NCBI RefSeq assembly: GCF_001194135.2
Contig: NC_068993.1
Span: 14,399,473 to 14,460,377, forward strand
Direction of reading: 5' to 3'
Origin: Octopus bimaculoides
Taxonomy: Eukaryota
DNA length: 60,905 nucleotides
Made by a program: the position numbers and the translations under genes. Shown here piece by piece: positions 25,286 to 38,345 of the stretch (its first letter is position 1; each line of letters opens with the position of its first letter). The notes beneath the pieces were generated by a model. It saw nothing but the letters and a program-made list of their open reading frames with translations, was not told the origin of the DNA and did not search any database.

Positions 25286-25420
25286 TCTCTAGAACAACAC
25301 TGTACAAATCCAAATATATGCTACCCTAGGCATAACACCTACATGGACTTCTAACTTGTTGTCTCTTGAGGTATCTCGGTGAGACTTGGATCCAACTTGT
25401 ACAAATGCAAAGCAAAAGTT
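25285..25420 (+). mobile_element. 3' UTR-only copy of the R4/Dong-like retroelement
   Basis: TTCTCTAGAA...CCAAATATATG...GGCATAACACC...ATGGACTTCTAACTTGT...TCTTGAGGT...GGTGAGACTTGG...TTGTACAAAT.CAAAGCAAAAGT aligns with 37710-37845; (TAA)n on both sides. Confidence 0.88.
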
Positions 25421-25439
25421 TATAATAATAATAATAATA

Positions 25440-25835
25440 CCCATACCTGTAATTGCAAGGTAGGATCTCAATGCCCGATATCGGGTCGGTGTTTAGCTAA
25501 AAATGTTATATACAAATGTACAATACTGACGGAGACACATAGCGTCATTATACTGGGTACTCTGTAGATATGAAGGAGCGCCTAAATAACTAGTTTTCTT
25601 CTTCTAGCCTTAGACATAAAAAAAACCAACAGTACCTCATAATCTACGAAAATCTGAAAATTTAAGGATGGTAATAGTGAAGTGAACCTAAAACGGAATA
25701 CAGTCTATAGAGCTCAGCCATACAAACATGGCCGATATTGATGTGAACTATGTTGTAATGAAATTTACAACATTTTAAGATATTGAGATAAGCAACACCT
25801 AATTAATAGTAAATTAGACCTTATCGTGTGTATAT
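25440..25835 (+). pseudogene. Decayed Penelope-like GIY-YIG endonuclease C-terminal region
   Basis: HTCNCKVGSQCPISGRCLAKNVIYKCTI (CNC-x-CP-x-G-x-CL-x-VIY motif), then MKERLNN*FSS, NSTS*STKI*KFKD, RAQPYKHG, CELCCNE (25742) and LINSK, in the order expected for PLE endonuclease; several stops and frameshifts. Confidence 0.82.
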
Positions 25836-25943
25836 ATGATTTCTCGTACCTTGAGAACTCCTAGCATTTTAATCCTCATTCCTTCCATATTTATATTACA
25901 TAAATTCCCCTTCGGTAATAGGATTTTCTTCCCTTATATTTAT

Positions 25944-26788
25944 AATATGTCAATTTGCAACGGATTAATGTATCTCACAACTCCCCTGAGTATAAGGTAT
26001 ATCCCTTGTGAACTGTTAATATTCTACACATTTCTGTCTTTCAAATATATTTTAATATTTTATAAAATCGTTTCCAATGGCATCTTTACCGTGTTTTACT
26101 TATCTTTTAACTAACATTTGTAATGCACACCTTGACTTATCCTAATTTTTGAATTCTTATCTCTTTTTATTTCCGTTATACATTTTATGTAATTCGCAAT
26201 GAAATATTTATTTTTTCATCTTATGAATTCTTTATGAGATACTTTTATTTCTGATACCATTGAATTTTGTTATATATCTATATACCCTCCTATATACGTG
26301 TGTAACTTCTACAGACTGTAAAGGGGTATATAATTTCATAAAATTCACTGTATAAATATGGTATATATGTTTATAATTGCACTATATGTTTCATATACTT
26401 TATAAAATTTCAATATATGTGATATCATATATATATATATATATGTGTGCTTGTGTTTGTGTTTGTGTATGTGTGTGTGTGTGTGTGTGTTTGTGTGTGT
26501 GGTATTTTTATACCATCTCATATCCTTTCATAATTTCTTTATAATGCTAATACTTTTTATATAGAATTTTTGTTTCACTATTCCATTATATGCATTTACC
26601 AGATACAAAATAATACTTGTTTTACTTTGGGCATTTAATTTTGTAATATTCAACAAATATGTAAATTTGAAACGGATTACTGTGTCTCGCACCTCCCCTG
26701 AGTATAAGGTATATCCCTTGTGAACTGTTAATATTCTACACATTTCTGTATTTTTAATATATTTTAATATTTTATAAAACCGTTACCA
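25944..26788 (+). repeat. About 133-bp direct repeat pair, 712 bp apart (25944-26076 and 26656-26788)
   Basis: Core CTCCCCTGAGTATAAGGTATATCCCTTGTGAACTGTTAATATTCTACACATTTCTGT is identical in both; flanks are diverged. Confidence 0.9.
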
Positions 26789-29700
26789 TACAGGTTTAGC
26801 TTTTACTTCCGCTTGTACTCTACTATACGCTTAGTACACATGATTCTATATTTTAGATATATTATACTTATCCAGATATCAGTGTTATGCACTATATGTC
26901 AGATTAATTATTTCTCACGTTAGATGAAAGTCACCCAGTACATTATCGGTGATATTCCAACAAACCCCCTATATCTCATCGAGATTTTATCGTGGAATAT
27001 AAAAAGCCGTAACGGAATTCAGTAAGACGTATAATCTGCGGTCTTCCCGTTTGTGACATTCCACTTCCTTTGTCTTAAAAAACATTATTCAGCTACTAAT
27101 TTGACAATCAAACCTTCATCTTTCCTGATTCTACATACATGCACCGGTCTACATAAAGCTCATTGCTGATATAATCATTTCAATTCGTATTGTGAAACTA
27201 TGCGCGATTACTTTATATTCACAACTCTACACTTTATTTCTGTGCATCGTACTTTTTCGTCAATTTGAAGTAACAACAGTCCTTTTCATTAACATATCTA
27301 TTGCTTTTATCTTTGTAATCCTCTCAATCTCGTATACTCGAATCACTTCTCTTGAAACAGATTTTCCCTTTCGTCATTGGCATTTTAATTTGAATAAGCT
27401 CCTTTCTTCCATGCTGTATACATACGCATTACGTCAACCAATTGGGTGAATGAATATTTGTGCTGCAGTATCAATGATATTTTACTGTTCCTGTGAACAA
27501 ATTTAACGAATAATATTATGTATTTTTACTTTTAGAAATAGAAATTATTTCTTACTTAAGCATCAGGAAACATTCGCTTGAAAATGTAAAAACATTGCAT
27601 GCAATCTGGATTAGTTAATCATTTGTAAACTTCCTTTTACTGTAGTTTGTGGTAACATATAAACCGTGACCAGCGATTTCTTCCAGTGTACCCACGCATT
27701 CACACAAATACATGCATACATACACAGAAATACTCACAAAAAAGACACATACACACAGACACGTAATTCATATATGCTACGTATAATGCTGCTGATACAT
27801 GCACCGAAAATATTTTTGTATGGAATTCCCAAGACAAAAAATCAACAGATCAATGAAAATATTAGTAGACGTAATACGTTTATTGCAAAAAGCGTGTGTT
27901 TGATTTTTAGAGTGAGAGGTAAAGTAGTATATAATTCTAGATAGGTATTTATGTGAAAAACCAAAACTAAATCAGATTTTATGAAGTGCCACCAACTGTA
28001 ATCTTGCAGTTGATGAGTTTTGTCTATGAAGAGAAATATAACACTCCCTAATGGGAAATCTGTTCTTGCTAAAGATTTCAAATCAAGATATATTGAGATG
28101 TTGAAGTTGTTTGATGGTTTCTAGTATACAGAAGATACATTTCCTATGGTGATACTAAACTGAAGTGTAATGGAAAAGTGCTAAGAGAAGTTTCTGTTAT
28201 GCTTGAAATAGGTCAAAAATATATTTACTGCTAGACTACTGAATAACTTATTTGCATCAAGTTAAACCATTTCGATTCACTTCAATCGTTACGGATTTAC
28301 TTGCAACTCGTTAACTTTAGTAATTTCGTTGCTAAATATATTCAAACATTAGATGGAGAATTTGTAAATGTTCTTAGTTTGGAAGGAAAAACTAACATTG
28401 TGCCAAATTACTATGACAGTTATCTTTCGTTTCGATATATTAATACTGAATTATATGTGAATCATGTTTAGAATTATAAAATTTGAAAATATTTTTAATG
28501 GAGCAGAAGATTACTGTAATATTATTGACAGAAACATCGACTTACTCACTGGTATCAGTTTAAACGTGCATGCTAATGAGATATGCGGGATATTTTTTTA
28601 TATCGTTTTGAGTTTTGAAAGAACGTTAAAGCTGGATGTGCTATGAATTCATACACGGAATCATATTTTTCGATGCAATTCAAACTTTATAACATGAAAG
28701 ATAAAGGAGAAATAACTTTACTATGCAAACATTGGTGTTTACCTGTCGCACAAATATATAGTGCTAGAAGCTACATCAATTTTCCATGTTGACTTTGCAG
28801 CAATTTAACGTAAAACTATAGCATTCGAAAATGTCAGCACATATGCACGCCCACCCATACATACACACTAACACTCACACATATACACAAATGCGCATAC
28901 ATGTTTATTCGTTACCACTTTCACTCTTATCGCACTACTAGTGCTGCGTTAAATAATCCAATATCTCCAATGCTATGAGTGGGAACAAAAACAGTAGTGC
29001 TATAGATGAAACCTTAGTAGATTATCAATATCTGCACTTACTGAATATTAAGCAGGCTGGAAAGTAAACATCTCATGCACTGTTATTTGCGCCCAATTGC
29101 GCAAATAAAATCAAGCCTAAGATAATGAAACGTTTACAAGTATCCTCAGCAGTGGAATAAAATGTACAAAATCTTCAGCATTTCCAAGAGATTGTTGAAA
29201 TATTCAATATGTATCTGCTGACTTGTAATATCAATGAAAAAAAAATAAAGGAATAGCATGCCAGATTGGTTTAAAGTGTTGTGACAAGACGTATTGAGAT
29301 ATTTCCGTTATGTGAAAGGAAGTGTTGAAAAGGGATCACGCACCATCATCTGCTACTGTGACTATGTACATAATATTCCACAAAAGAAATATCTTTCGTG
29401 ATTTGTTCATTTAAAATTTAAATCCTATATAATAATTCCAATGAAAATTGGCTAAAACGTAGGACAAAGGTTTGGTTTTTCACTTAATACGATTTGGTCA
29501 TTCATAAACGATGCGTTTAAACATCTATTTTACAATATTAGTTTGGTGACTATATAAATCTAAATTGAAATTTGAAAGTATATAAGCTCGTAAGTATACT
29601 TAAAGATAGAAATGAAATGGCAACTGTGCTTAATTCTCTCTGCGAAGCAAAAGAAATAAATGTAAAAGATAGTGAATTAACCACGATGAAAGCTTATGTA

Positions 29701-30152
29701 GTATTATTAGGTGTGTGAAAAGCTTCTTAAGACGTGACGTAGATAAACATAAGTAGAAGTTCCTATAAGAAGATAAAATTTGAAGATTATTGAAAATAGC
29801 TAGGCATAAATATCAAGAATTATTAGATGCTTTCGTGTCTTCAACACAGTATTGCAACAGAAAATTCTGCTACATGGATTTCAATGTAGTATTTTATTTT
29901 CTATTTATAGATCACCGCAATTAATAACATATTGGAAATAAATGCTCAGATAAATGAGAGTGTGACATCACTCTGAAGAGCTAAAATCGGTTTATCAGTA
30001 AACTCTCAAATCAAATTTACTCATTGCGAGCGGAATATTCGGATTTAGATGACAGGTGCTCAGCTCCATCAACATGGAAAACAATTTATCCTATGGAGTT
30101 TCATACACACGCACACACGCACACACACGCACACGCACATACACGCACACAC

Positions 30153-30186
<34 letters not shown>

Positions 30187-30391
30187 NNNNNNNNNNNNNN
30201 NNNNNNNNNNNNNNNNNNNNNNNNNNNNNNNNNNNNNNNNNNNNNNNNNNNNNNNNNNNNNNNNNNNNNNNNNNNNNNNNNNNNNNNNNNNNNNNNNNNN
30301 NNNNNNNNNNNNNNNNNNNNNNNNNNNNNNNNNNNNNNNNNNNNNNNNNNNNNNNNNNNNNNNNNNNNNNNNNNNNNNNNNNNNNNNNNNN

Positions 30392-30431
<40 letters not shown>

Positions 30432-32460
30432 GGGTGTGTATTATAAATGCTAAACGAAATGATACCTGCATTCACAGCCTTGCAATTCGGGTAGACAATA
30501 CAGAAGGTTCAGTTAAAATGCTTCCAAGAATATTTTCATTTTCCTATTTAGAATCCCTATTGGGAAAATTGTAAATATGTTATTTGATGTTAGCAAAGAA
30601 ATACGTGAAGTAAATCACCGAGCATTATAGCTTATATTAACTATCACACATAATATAATACAAGAACGGAATGGCGATGCAGAAAGTACAGTTCTGAAGT
30701 GTTTATCCATACACGCACATGACAGTCTAACATTATGTTTTAAATAATCAGATCTAAGTTTTGGTTACCAAACTTATTAGGTTGCAAAGGAAATTTGAGC
30801 ACACCACATTGTGAGCACAGGATGTAAAGCGCTGGAGAAATGTGACAAAGCATAGTGAACATACCTGTGTAAACCACTCCAAAGTGACCGGTACTGGTCT
30901 AGCAAGAATTATAGAATTTAGTACAATGGACTGAGAGAGTACAGTGAATTTGACTGTCTCCACAGTAAGTTACATGTACTCTATTTATTGCCGATTTTAG
31001 TACTTAATGATTAATGGAAGAGGTGGATTGACCTGGATTTAGAAACAAAGGCATTTACATGCGCAGCACAAGAACAAATGTAGATGAAAAGAGAGTAAAT
31101 TTTGTGATGTGAGTATCTATTTATACAAAATAAGGACTCCACTTTTTCTATTTAAAATTTAGTTATTTAAAAAAAAACTTACATACAAACAATCATAGGA
31201 ATATCTATGCACTACATATGTATTCATACAATGAAATTAAGACATCGCAGTGCTAGCGTTTTGAAGCGTAGAATCGTAGAAGCGTAGAAATTACATATTA
31301 TACAAAATGAATCAGTCAATATGGTACATGTTACACATGCTGAATGATAGTCATGACAAAAAAAAAAAGAGACGGTTTAGCATTACAGAGCCTCCTCGAG
31401 TTGCTTATATACAATGGTTTCATTGAATTAAACAGATTTTTGAAGGAATTTGTCGATCAAAAAATATACACGCATGCTTGAACTACGCTACAGAGAGCCA
31501 ATGGGCATTTTGGTGGTGTTTTAGACCTGCTAATCAAAGAAAGGATATTTTCCTGATATTGTCAACTGACCAGATGTATGAGCAATAAGCGCTTTCATAT
31601 TGCTCAATTTTATCAAAGGAATAACCATGAGCGGTTTTTATAATAAGAAAATACTCATCCGCATGTCGTATCCACTTCTCTTAATGATTTCTAACCGTAA
31701 CGCGGATTTAGAGTGAGCTGAGGTAGTATATGTATCTATTTACACAAACCAACGCTCACACAAATACATACACACACCCGCGTATATATATAATTATATG
31801 CATGCACATATATAAATTTACGCATTTATATGCTTGTAATTTTATTTCTATTCATGTATATGTGTCTGCTGTGTGTGTGTAAGCGTGTGCTTCTGGATGT
31901 ATGTGTTCTTATATATGTTTGCATGTATATGCGTATATATTTTCTTATGTACATATATTTTACGATGGAGGACAAAACAAGTTCATGAAAATTTCTCGTG
32001 AAAATTTGCATGTCAAACAGTTTTTAGATTTATTCTCTAGAATCGTGACTAAGAGACATTATATAATAACGATTTTATGCATAAGAAGCTAGACTATTGT
32101 TAAATGATATTACCTACGGTATAATTTACTCGTTTATAACGGATATATTAACACTATGTACTTTTTCTTTCCCTTAGGCTTCTTTTGTTCAAAGCGCTGC
32201 ATATTGCTTACCATATGAAATGAGCATATAAAAATTGATTTCGTTTAAAATCGTATAAACACAAACTAAAGAGAATGAATAAAAGACAACCTGAATATAT
32301 TCCAAGTTAGCATATAATAACAGGCAATCAAAAGAAGTAAATATATCGATAATATACATCAATATTAGAAAAATTTTCTCACATATATATAATATGTGTG
32401 TATGTGCTGTGTGTGTACGTGTGGGCTTTTGCGTGCGTGTTTGATTAAGCATGCATATAC

Positions 32461-32500
<40 letters not shown>

Positions 32501-32559
32501 CTCTCTCTATATATATATATATCTATCTATCTATCTATCTATCTATCTANNNNNNNNNN

Positions 32560-32590
<31 letters not shown>

Positions 32591-33292
32591 CATACATACA
32601 TGTATATATGTGTGTGTGTATGTGTACATATACATTCACATATATACACGTATGTTAATATATGTTACACGTATATCGATAAATGTATGCACTCTCTCTC
32701 TCTCTCTTTGTCACACGCATACATGCATATCAACAATCTGTGTGTGTGCTTATGTGTACACAATCACAAATATACATGTATGTTAACAGTGTGTGTGTAT
32801 GTTTGTTTGTACAAACGACAAACACACTCAACAATTACCGTGGACTTTAAATATTTGTATTAACATAATCATGTTTACATTTATTCTTAATATGTTCCTG
32901 TACACGAAAACGTGAATGGCATTCGCTGCGGGATTTTGTTTGGAAGGATATGTTTGTGAGTGTCTCTTCCTTCCTTCACTAAATATTTCGGCATGATTTC
33001 GTCTCCTCAGTATTTATACTGAAACTGCATTCAATGCTTGATTCACAGTCGCAATGTTTGCACATTCTAAAGCAAAATAAAAAAGTCTGATTTTTTCGAA
33101 TGTTTGCATCTCATTCTTGGAGAGGTCGCATCTTCTTTATACCTCTTATTAGTTTATCCTAGGCAGTATCGTTATTTCAATGTTTGCTGGTTACTGCTCA
33201 ATGAAAACTAATTGCTGTAAGATGAATAACATTAATATACTTTTCTTTGATTAGCCTTTTCCATAATATTCAGCTTCATCTGATCTTCTTGT

Positions 33293-33668
33293 TTTCCTTT
33301 CGGCTTAGCGAAGGCGGAGGTATTGTTTTCTGTCACGTTTGTTTGTTGGTTGGTTTGTCCCTGGACAAGGTATCTCAAGAACCACCGGATTGATTCGGAT
33401 GAAACTTTCAGGGATGTTTTATCACGTGACTGGCATGGACTTATTAGATTTTGGGATTGATCGGGTATCGAACAAGGATTCTGGATTATTTTTCCGGTCT
33501 TTTTACTTAAGATTTGAGAGCGGTCGGGTTCGTTTTTAGTATTCTCGTTTTTGAGAGCAGTTGAGTTTATTTTAGATATCATCATTTTAAAAATCGTCTT
33601 CGGCTAATCTTTGAGAACACGCTTGTGTTGCATTGGCGGAGGTTTGCGCTATCTGAGTGCTCTTGTGT
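33293..33668 (+). mobile_element. Helentron-associated / DINE-1-type non-autonomous element
   Basis: 5' imperfect hairpin CCTTTCGGC-TTA-GCGAAGG; GGCGGAGGT at both 33313-33321 and 33635-33643; short (GTTT)n stretch after the 5' block; 3' stem-loop GCGCT-ATCT-GAGTGC followed by T-rich sequence; T-rich flanks. Confidence 0.7.
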
Positions 33669-34629
33669 TCATTAACCAAAAAAGAAAACATTGACATTGC
33701 GCTACAGTGTAAAACATATGGAGGAGAGGAAGTATTTTCATGCACATTTCCATTACTTTAACAAAGGACTTTCATTTTAACAGGTGTTTTATGGACAGTG
33801 AAGAAATTAATCATCTCGCACTTGATATCCTTATAATCGCCAGTCCATAAAATTACCATATGTAGCAGATTGTCCTGGTATGGATGTTTGTCTGGTGGCG
33901 CGAACACTTATTCGAACATCTCAACGAATGAAGCTGTTGATGCAACATACCTTTGCACTTCGTACGTAGATTCTCTGCCTTAGTCTGAATCGTTCTACCA
34001 GTGTTCCCCTCAATTGCATTATTTTATCCTTACAAAATATTCTCTGTTCTGTTGATAAATTAAATTAGCCAACTAAGCAGTAATTATCACAGCACACGTG
34101 CCACTCAGATCTAAACAATTTACGTAGCAATGCTGTATGATACAAAAACCGTACGGTGGCCAACTGCTGAGATTAGGAATTAGACACAATTATCTATTGA
34201 ATTGTAAATATTATGGCATGTTTAATAAATGTCCCTTATGCAATTTTTAATAGTAATAATGACCATGAATCTATGAAAATTAAAATTACATCACCAGTAA
34301 ATAACCTACACATATTTCCATGGACATATTCCAGAAAACATACATCTTATATTTCTATAACATCATTTTAAGGTGTATGTAATTAGTTTGAATATAAAGA
34401 CGAGAACAAATCTCTCACAAATTTTTAAAATATGATGATATTAATAACGATATCTAATACAACGGTATGGATAGTAATTATGGTTTATGATGGTGACGAT
34501 AGGGATGAAGAAGATTGGGAGATTTATAAGGAAATTTTAAGACAAAATTTGTTTAACGGTAACAAAAAACATTACATAAATCCCTCGACAGTAGGAATAA
34601 TAATTTTATTGATGAGGATTTGTAAAATA

Positions 34630-34712
34630 GTAATAATAACGATGATGATGATAATGATGATGTTGATGATGATGAGGATGATGATACTGATGATGATGAT
34701 GATGATGATGAT
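34630..34712. repeat. (GAT)n-type microsatellite
   Basis: Direct reading of the sequence. Confidence 0.9.
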
Positions 34713-34807
34713 TGGAGCAACATAGTATCATGATAAAACGATGACAAAAAGTCTTCATTGTATTTCTCCCATCTTTGTTGAGCCCTGTGTGGCTAATAAA
34801 AGAAATG

Positions 34808-34859
34808 CATGTATGTATGTATGTATGTATGTATGTATGTATCTATATATATATATATA

Positions 34860-34903
<44 letters not shown>

Positions 34904-35095
34904 AATCTATCTGTTTGTATGTCTGTATGTCTGTCTATCTATCAATCTAGCTAACTAAATAGCTAGCCAGCTACCTATCTACCTACCTACCTACCTACCT
35001 ACCTACCTACCTACCTACCTACATATCTATCTATCTATCTATCTATATATCTATCTATCTATCTATCTATCTATCTACCTGTCTGTCTGTCGGTC
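34808..35095. repeat. Compound tetranucleotide array (ATGT)/(AT)/(ATCT)/(ACCT)/(CTGT)
   Basis: Direct reading of the sequence. Confidence 0.95.
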
Positions 35096-36049
35096 TGTCA
35101 GCCTTTCTATCGACATATCTCTATGTTTGTCTTTGTGTGTTTTAATATATGTTTGTGTATATCTACTCTATACACGAATTCGTCGACCATAACTTTTTCC
35201 ATATTATGTATGTGTGTTTATGTGTAAATGTGTGTGTGTTTGTGTGTACGTGCATGGCTGTACATATGCACGTGTGAGTTTAGGATGTGAACGTTGTTAG
35301 CTGAAATTTGTGTAAAGTGGTGATAACTATCGGATCGGAATTTCTAAGTGTAAATGAAAATTCTTTTAGAACGGAATAAGCCACTTAACTGAGAAATTAA
35401 ATTCACTAACAATTAAAATGCGATGCATAACGAATGCGTTTCAATATTGGGTGTTAATACTTAAATATGTTGGATTGTTAAACCTTTACACTTCGTCCAC
35501 ATCACATTCTAGAGGGCTTGGATATCTAATATTTCAAAAGACAACTCTATGATATTTTAAATATCACCACAGACACTAATACGTACACACGCACACGATC
35601 ATGCATTTAATCAAATATATGTGTGAGTGTGTATTGGTAGAAATACGTCAGTGTTTGCGTGTGACTCATATTTGGTGTACTGCTGTGAATCATATATACA
35701 TGTGAAACTTTTGCTCGTACATTCAAACCAATTTTGTTATACGCAAACACATTTTCCTCTCTCTCTATATATATATATATAAAAAGGAGATTAAATTATA
35801 TTTTACATTTAATATCAAATAGAGATTTTTTTTTTCAAAATACCTACCTTCAAGCGTCGAGTTGTAGGGATTCTATAATAAATTTGTAATTTCAAGGTAG
35901 CATTAAAGTCATATACTAGAAGAAATTTAAGATGGAACTTGAAAAAAATATTGATATTATAACATTTGTATTTGGTTGCTCATACGTCTCTCTCTGCCTC
36001 TGTCTCTCCCTTTCTCTCGATGCATACACATGCATACCCAAACGAATAC

Positions 36050-36088
<39 letters not shown>

Positions 36089-36098
36089 NNNNNNNNNN

Positions 36099-36132
<34 letters not shown>

Positions 36133-36976
36133 CCACACGCATATTTTTATATAGAATTTTATAAACTTCAAGCCACATGTTCAGATATTGCAGTATTTTG
36201 AATTAGTTTGTAGAGAATATTATGCACAACGTGGCTTTCGTTCAAAATTTGCATGTTCTATTTGCAAGAGAAAGCGAGAAAATATCGGGAATGAAGCGAG
36301 AGGATATTCTGATGTGGAAAAAATGTATGATAATTGTATTCCTTAAACCTGTAATGTATTACTAACTTGCAAACAATTACATGAACCCGCATACTTGCCC
36401 ACGTAATTAGGCAAGTATGGTTAGCAAACACTTCTGTGATTGAATATATTCTGCCATATAAATGAACCGGTGGAAAAAATTATAATGGGCTGTGGGAAAG
36501 ATAGTTCAAGATATTCAATTCCATCAACCATCATTCATTCTAGAATGTAGGTGATTAAATGACAAATGTACCAAATTATATCCAGGAGCTGAAGGACGGC
36601 GCCATAAAACAAATCATTATATAGAGAATCATAGTTAGACCTGGGTCATTGACCAACATACACAAGCGGTTTGTAGCTGAAAGAACGCTCATCGAAGAAC
36701 TGAACAAAGTTTCTAAATACAGCTTTTTGTTTTAGATGTGAGCATCTAGAAAAGTTTCTGTTATCGAACTGGATTACAATCACAAGTTCACAGATTATAC
36801 ATCCAGTTTAATACACCTTAGCCTTTCTTCCACTCGGTTATCCTTGGTGACCTGTTTGCAATCTTACACGTGAAGACACGACAATAAAAATATTCTTCAT
36901 GTAAATTTGAAGAGTCACTACTGTTAATCCCCTTTTTCTCCTTCGAATTTTCTTCTTCACTTCATCTTCTATCAAA

Positions 36977-36986
36977 ATAATAATAA

Positions 36987-37080
<94 letters not shown>
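36977..37080. repeat. (TAA)n microsatellite, 5' flank of the Dong-like element
   Basis: Direct reading of the sequence. Confidence 0.97.
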
Positions 37081-37081
<1 letters not shown>

Positions 37082-37084
37082 TTG

Positions 37085-37849
37085 CCAAGCTACAAGAAAC
37101 TATTTACCAACATATTAAGAACGGCAGAAGCCCAACATGTCGTATATGTCAACAACAGTATGAAACCATTGATCATGTTATCTCCATGTCCACTCTTCTT
37201 GCGCCTACAAAGTATCTCAACAGGCATGATAGAGCAGCACAATATATTCATTTGGTAATTTTCAAAAATCTGGTCCTGTCCTATCATAAAAATTGGTGGG
37301 AACACAGACCACCTCCACTCCTATGGAAGTTCACTATTTAAACTGATAGATATATGCAAATAGGCCAGACATTATATTGAAAGTCTTCAGACGAAAATCA
37401 TGCCCCCTCATTGATATGACTGACCCAATCGACATAAATGTATATGTCAAGACCTACCAAAAACTGAGCAAGTATAAAGATCTTGAAATAGAAATTAGCA
37501 AAATGTGGAACCTGAAAACTAATACAATACCTGTTGTCGTAGGTGTCCTGGGAATGATAGCAGAAGGGGATGATTCCTACCTAGCTCAGATACCAGGAAA
37601 CCCACAAATGGCAGAAATTCAAAGGTAGTGTTCTTGGGAATTGACCATATCCTACGTAAAATCTCAAATTTTAAAACAAACTCATAATTTTCTTATGTTT
37701 TCTTAAACATTCTCTAGAATAATACTGAGTGCAAAACCAAATATATGATACCCTGGGCATAACACCAAAATGGACTTCTAACTTGTCTCTTGAGGTCTCT
37801 GGGTGAGACTTGGAGTCAAGTTGTACAAATACAAAGCAAAAGTCAAACA

Positions 37850-37850
<1 letters not shown>
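37085..37850 (+). mobile_element. 5'-truncated R4/Dong-like non-LTR retrotransposon (restriction-like endonuclease end plus 3' UTR), decayed
   Basis: From 37090: LQETIYQHIKNGRSPTCRICQQQYETIDHVIS (CxxC...H knuckle; C at 37138 and 37147, H at 37174), YLNRHD (37222), LWKFTI*TDR; frameshift; ANRPDII (37356), IDMT, KLSKYKDLEIEISKMWNLKTNTIPVVVGVLG. These are the RHD, PD, D and KxxKY motifs of REL endonucleases. Confidence 0.9.

Positions 37851-37902
<52 letters not shown>
37851..37902. repeat. (TAA)n microsatellite, 3' flank of the Dong-like element
   Basis: Direct reading of the sequence. Confidence 0.97.
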
Positions 37903-37904
<2 letters not shown>

Positions 37905-38028
37905 CCGCGCACATATGGTTGTGATGCATGTGCCTGGTGTACCCTTATCAGATGGGTAGTAATCATGGGTATAATGGGTTCGTATATTTTACCCCAGTGT
38001 CACTTTGATGGCATGCACTGCTCTCTCA

Positions 38029-38345
<317 letters not shown>

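Noticed and set aside
28030-28646. Protein-like short frames (KRNITLPNGKSVLAKDF; NFVAKYIQTLDGEFVNV; IFFYIVLSFER)
   Set aside because: Discontinuous frames with stops; F/I/L-rich look is expected from AT-rich DNA; no family can be named.
30780-30970. Frame AQDVKRWRNVTKH...KVTGTG resembling a Myb/SANT-like domain, ending at a gtaagt donor
   Set aside because: Two in-frame stops and only a few matching residues; too weak to call.
31579-31606. Perfect 9-bp hairpin TGAGCAATA/TATTGCTCA
   Set aside because: Expected occasionally by chance in 60 kb of AT-rich DNA; no supporting context.
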